The notes beneath the pieces were generated by a model, which did no database searches, was not told where the DNA came from, and saw nothing but the letters and a program-made list of their open reading frames with translations. Shown here one piece after another: positions 60,187-64,000 of a stretch of 64,000 nucleotides of DNA. Position 1 is the first letter of the stretch, and every line of letters starts with the position of its first letter. The position numbers and the translations under genes are program-made. This stretch comes from Paraspadella gotoi. Its lineage: Eukaryota > Animalia > Chaetognatha. The stretch covers positions 11,719,585 through 11,783,584 of the forward strand of contig CM119268.1 of the NCBI GenBank assembly GCA_051294375.1, read 5' to 3'.

Positions 60187-62260
60187 AGGAGAGAAGAGAG
60201 AGGAGAGAGAGAGACGAAGAGAAGAGAAGGGCAAAAGGGAACGGCGACGCCCGGCGAGGGCCACGGGACCGCGGCAGGGCCAGAAAGGAGTGGGCCGGGG
60301 GCTAGCCGGAATGAACGGGGCGGGGACCGGGCGGAGGGGGCGAGAGGGCCCCCAGGAAAGAGAGAAAAAAAGGGGTTGGGGCGGGGGAAAACGGGGGCGC
60401 AGGGACCAACGAGGGGCGGGCCATTGCGGGAGGGGGGCCGAAAGAGGGGGACGGGGGCAGCCGGATAGGGGGGAAAAAGGAGAGAAGCAGGGGGGGGGGC
60501 GAGGCGCGAAAGGGGGACGAAGGCAGACCGCGGGCAGGCGAGAAAGAGGCACAAGGAGGGGGAGGGGGAAGAGAACCAGGAAGTCGGTGTGGCAAAAGGG
60601 AACACGGGGAGAACGGGGAAGGCGCGCAAAAAAACGCCGGGGGCCGGCGAGTACGTAAAGCGAAGGGGCAAGGGAACGGGGGAAGTGGGCAGGGGGGGGC
60701 ACGGAAGCGGGGAAAGAGGGAGGAAGATAGAACAAGGACAAAAAGGGGGGGGGAAAAGGAGGGGAGAACGAGGCCGAAGAGCGGGAAAGAAAGAAAGGGA
60801 GACGACAAGGGGAAAAAGGGGACAAAGAAAGAGGGGAAAAAGCAGAAAAAACGGGAAAAGCAGCGAGCAGCAGCAGCAGGGGCGGAAGGGATAGGGGGAA
60901 AAAGGGGTGAGCGAAGAAAACAAAAAAAGGGGAAAAGGGGATGAAGGAACCGCAGCGAACGGGAAAGCGCGATCAGGAAGCATGGAAAAAAAAAGGGAAA
61001 AAGGCAAAAAAAATTGGACCGGGAGAGAGGAAGAAAAGAAGCGGGAAAGGCGGCCGGCGCGGAGGAAGAGAAGAAGGGGGAAAAGTAGGGGAGGGCAGAG
61101 GCCGCGAACAGGCACGGGAGGCAGTAGGTAGGGGAGAGGAACGGCGAGGGGCAACGGGGCCGGCCGAAGAACAGAGCGCGAGGGCGGGCAAAGGGGCAGG
61201 GGGAAAAACGAAGCGTCGAAAGCGCAGCGGGGCAGAAGGGGAACAATAGTAGACCCGCGCGCAGAGCAAGAGGAGAGGCGACAAGGAGGCGAGGAAAAAA
61301 AAAAGCAAAGAAAAAAGAGGGCAGGGAAAACAGCCAGCCAGGGGGAGAGGGGGGAAGCCCGGCAGGGGCGGCAGGAAGGGCCCGCCAGGGCGCTCGCCGC
61401 GGCGCGCCACGAAGCCGCAGGGGGGAGGCGCGAAGCAACGCAGCGGGACGCGGGACAAGCGGACAGGCGAGCGGCGCGCGGGCTTAGAGGGTTCGATTGT
61501 GGACACAGGGGAAGAGGAGGAGACCACGGAGCAGCGGGAAAGGCGGCCACAGAAGAAAGGCACGGGTGAAGGAAAGACGAGAACGAAGAGAGAGGAACAT
61601 AGAGGGGGGCCCATAAGAAGGGCGCAGGGGACGCGAAGGAGCGGGAAGGCAGCGAAAGAACGATGGGGCGGAGGAAACCGCAGCAGGAAGACGAGGGCGC
61701 AACGCGCGCGCGTCGGCGCGCGCGCGCGGCGCGCGCGCGCGCGCGCGCGCGGCGCGCGCGCGCGCGCGCGCTCGCGCGCGCGCGCGGGCCGGGCGCCCAG
61801 AGCGGAGACGACTAAGAAGGAAAAAAAAAACGGGTTGGGGAACGGGCCAGGGCACCGGCGACCCAGGGCCGCTCCCGCGCGGGGGAGAGCGACGGGCGCA
61901 AACAGGGCCGGCGCAAGGGAGAAGCCGAGCGAGAGGCAGCGCGGCGGCTGGCGGCGGACGGCAGGCGCGCGGCGGCGGCGGCTAAGGGCGGGCGGGGGGG
62001 GGAACGAATGGGGCGCGGCGGCGGAGTCGGGCGGGGGGGGCGCAAAGGCGGGAGAGAGAGAAGGGAGAGGAGGACTACGAGGGGAGAGCGACGACAACGA
62101 CGAGGAGGACGACGACGGCGAACGACGAAGCAGGGCCAAAACGGGCGGCGGAAAGGGGGAAAAGTGGGGGGCGGGAGGCAAACGAGGGGAGGCGCGGCGA
62201 GAGACGACGTGCGGCGCCCAAGTACAACGAACAGCAGCAGCAAATAGCAAAGAAAAGACG
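59830..62260. other. Purine/GC-skewed low-complexity stretch, probably uncorrected long-read noise
   Basis: Abrupt compositional shift, severe T depletion, (CG)n tract at 61700-61790, no recognisable protein in any frame. Confidence 0.75.
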
Positions 62261-62269
62261 TAGATGTAG

Positions 62270-62341
62270 ATGTAGATGACGAAATCTACAATGAAAATGG
62301 AAATAAAGACGATGATAAAGACGATGATGGCTTTGAGGAAA

Positions 62342-62391
<50 letters not shown>

Positions 62392-63881
62392 TGAGAATGA
62401 TTTACGTTCTCGCGCTGATTTTGTGGAATATCTCGCAAATCCAGATGAACTGAGTTATGGGAAATAAAATCCGCAGACCGGAAAAGATTACAATCGCTGA
62501 TTCTCAGTCTCCACGAATGATTTACGGACGAGAACTCACAACGAGGTTGTCGGAGGGATTATCCTTTNNNNNNNNNNNNNNNNNNNNNNNNNNNNNNNNN
62601 NNNNNNNNNNNNNNNNNNNNNNNNNNNNNNNNNNNNNNNNNNNNNNNNNNNNNNNNNNNNNNNNNNNNNNNNNNNNNNNNNNNNNNNNNNNNNNNNNNNN
62701 NNNNNNNNNNNNNNNNNNNNNNNNNNNNNNNNNNNNNNNNNNNNNNNNNNNNNNNNNNNNNNNNNNNNNNNNNNNNNNNNNNNNNNNNNNNNNNNAGTTG
62801 TTGTTCCTCAGGTTGTTGATGACGTTGTGCCGATTGTTGTCTCCGACGATGATGACACTTGACGCGTCAAACTCGAAAACTCTTTTCGCATTCGATCCCA
62901 ACATTAACTACGGCTCATTTTCGTTTAATCGATTAATCATATGACTTTTCATCGCAATGTCAAACGATTATTAGCCCAGAATATATACATATATTAAAAA
63001 AATGGCTTCCTGGACATTTTCTNNNNNNNNNNCATTATTCATGTTACCTTTATTTTCTTTCCCCATAAATTATTGATGTTTTCATCGAGAAAGGAAAATC
63101 GTTGGTGGCGCCAAAAGGCGGAAAAATAGTCGACGGTAGAGGGCGGCGTCGGTCCAGGCCGGCGTCGCTGCCACTTTTTTTTCAAGATGAGTGTAATCGT
63201 TTTTTTTTGGGGAAAATTGTTTTGTTAAAGGTTCATGAAAAGAGTGATTGTTATCGACTGTTTTAAAAATAAAACACAAAAAATAGGAAAACAGGATGTA
63301 AACAAAAGCGTTTTCCCTTTTTAAAATTTTAAGCTAAGGTTTATCGGGTTTTGTGGTCGTTTCTCGAGGTTGAAAATTCGTTTTCAGATTCAGGTAAATT
63401 TATTAGAAAATGGTTGGGTGTAAACAAAGTTAGGAAAGGATTTTACAATTTAGCTCTTAACTTACGCATGAAGATAAATTTAACGAGAAAAAGGAGAATG
63501 GAAAACGGAAAAAAAAAGATGAAGNNNNNNNNNNNNNNNNNNNNNNNNNNNNNNNNNNNNNNNNNNNNNNNNNNNNNNNNNNNNNNNNNNNNNNNNNNNN
63601 NNNNNNNNNNNNNNNNNNNNNNNNNNNNNNNNNNNNNNNNNNNNNNNNNNNNNNNNNNNNNNNNNNNNNNNNNNNNNNNNNNNNNNNNNNNNNNNNNNNN
63701 NNNNNNNNNNNNNNNNNNNNNNNNNNNNNNNNNNNNNNNNNNNNNNNNNNNNNNNNNNNNNNNNNNNNNNNNNNNNNNNNNNNNNNNNNNNNNNNNNNNN
63801 NNNNNNNNNNNNNNNNNNNNNNNNNNNNNNNNNNNNNNNNNNNNNNNNNNNNNNNNNNNNNNNNNNNNNNNNNNNNNNNNN

Positions 63882-63919
<38 letters not shown>

Positions 63920-64000
63920 ATAGGAGAAAAAACAGAATTGGAAAAAGAAATAGAGGTTTGGCAGTGAATAACCTTATCTCAACTCCCAGCTAATATACCT
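62270..64000 (+). repeat. Direct duplicate of about 54000-56250 (haplotype or read redundancy, or segmental duplication)
   Basis: 62400-63020 matches 54130-54745, 63033-63520 matches 55145-55750, and 63915-64000 matches 56160-56250; the earlier copy is richer in indels. Confidence 0.85.

Noticed and set aside
59806-62263. Long overlapping ORFs (339-575 aa) on both strands
   Set aside because: Produced by T-depleted low-complexity sequence lacking stop codons; no domains; probably read noise. The (CG)n Z-DNA-like tract is not trusted for the same reason.

Overview
Gappy, indel-prone draft assembly of an invertebrate animal genome, with spliceosomal introns, (AG)n/(GAC)n microsatellites and many N gaps. 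All gene models were built by hand from GT-AG junctions and codon phase. (1) A minus-strand DEG/ENaC channel gene (3.9-12.1 kb) whose exon chain splices an EPN-type C-type lectin domain, a basic/acidic linker with furin-type sites and probably a Thr-rich mucin exon into the extracellular loop; this is the most striking feature of the window. (2) A minus-strand LRR-mucin-TM receptor gene (13.3-25.3 kb) with about 40 tandem tRNA-Ile(AAT) genes and a tRNA-Ala(AGC) antisense in its introns. (3) A secreted SRCR-SRCR-mucin protein ending in three copies of an unrecognised C-x7-C-x25-C-x6-C repeat. (4) A KCTD-type BTB gene. (5) The 3' part of a second DEG/ENaC gene with a helical insertion of about 440 aa and a VMO1-like gene nested in an intron. 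Also present are two minimal Penelope-type hammerhead ribozymes, a LINE 3' end, Helentron-associated elements, a TA-flanked MITE inside a tRNA-headed repeat, and probable assembly artefacts (inverted duplication at 4.7-6.7 kb, noisy DNA at 59.8-62.3 kb, duplicated segment at 62.3-64 kb). No database searches were run.
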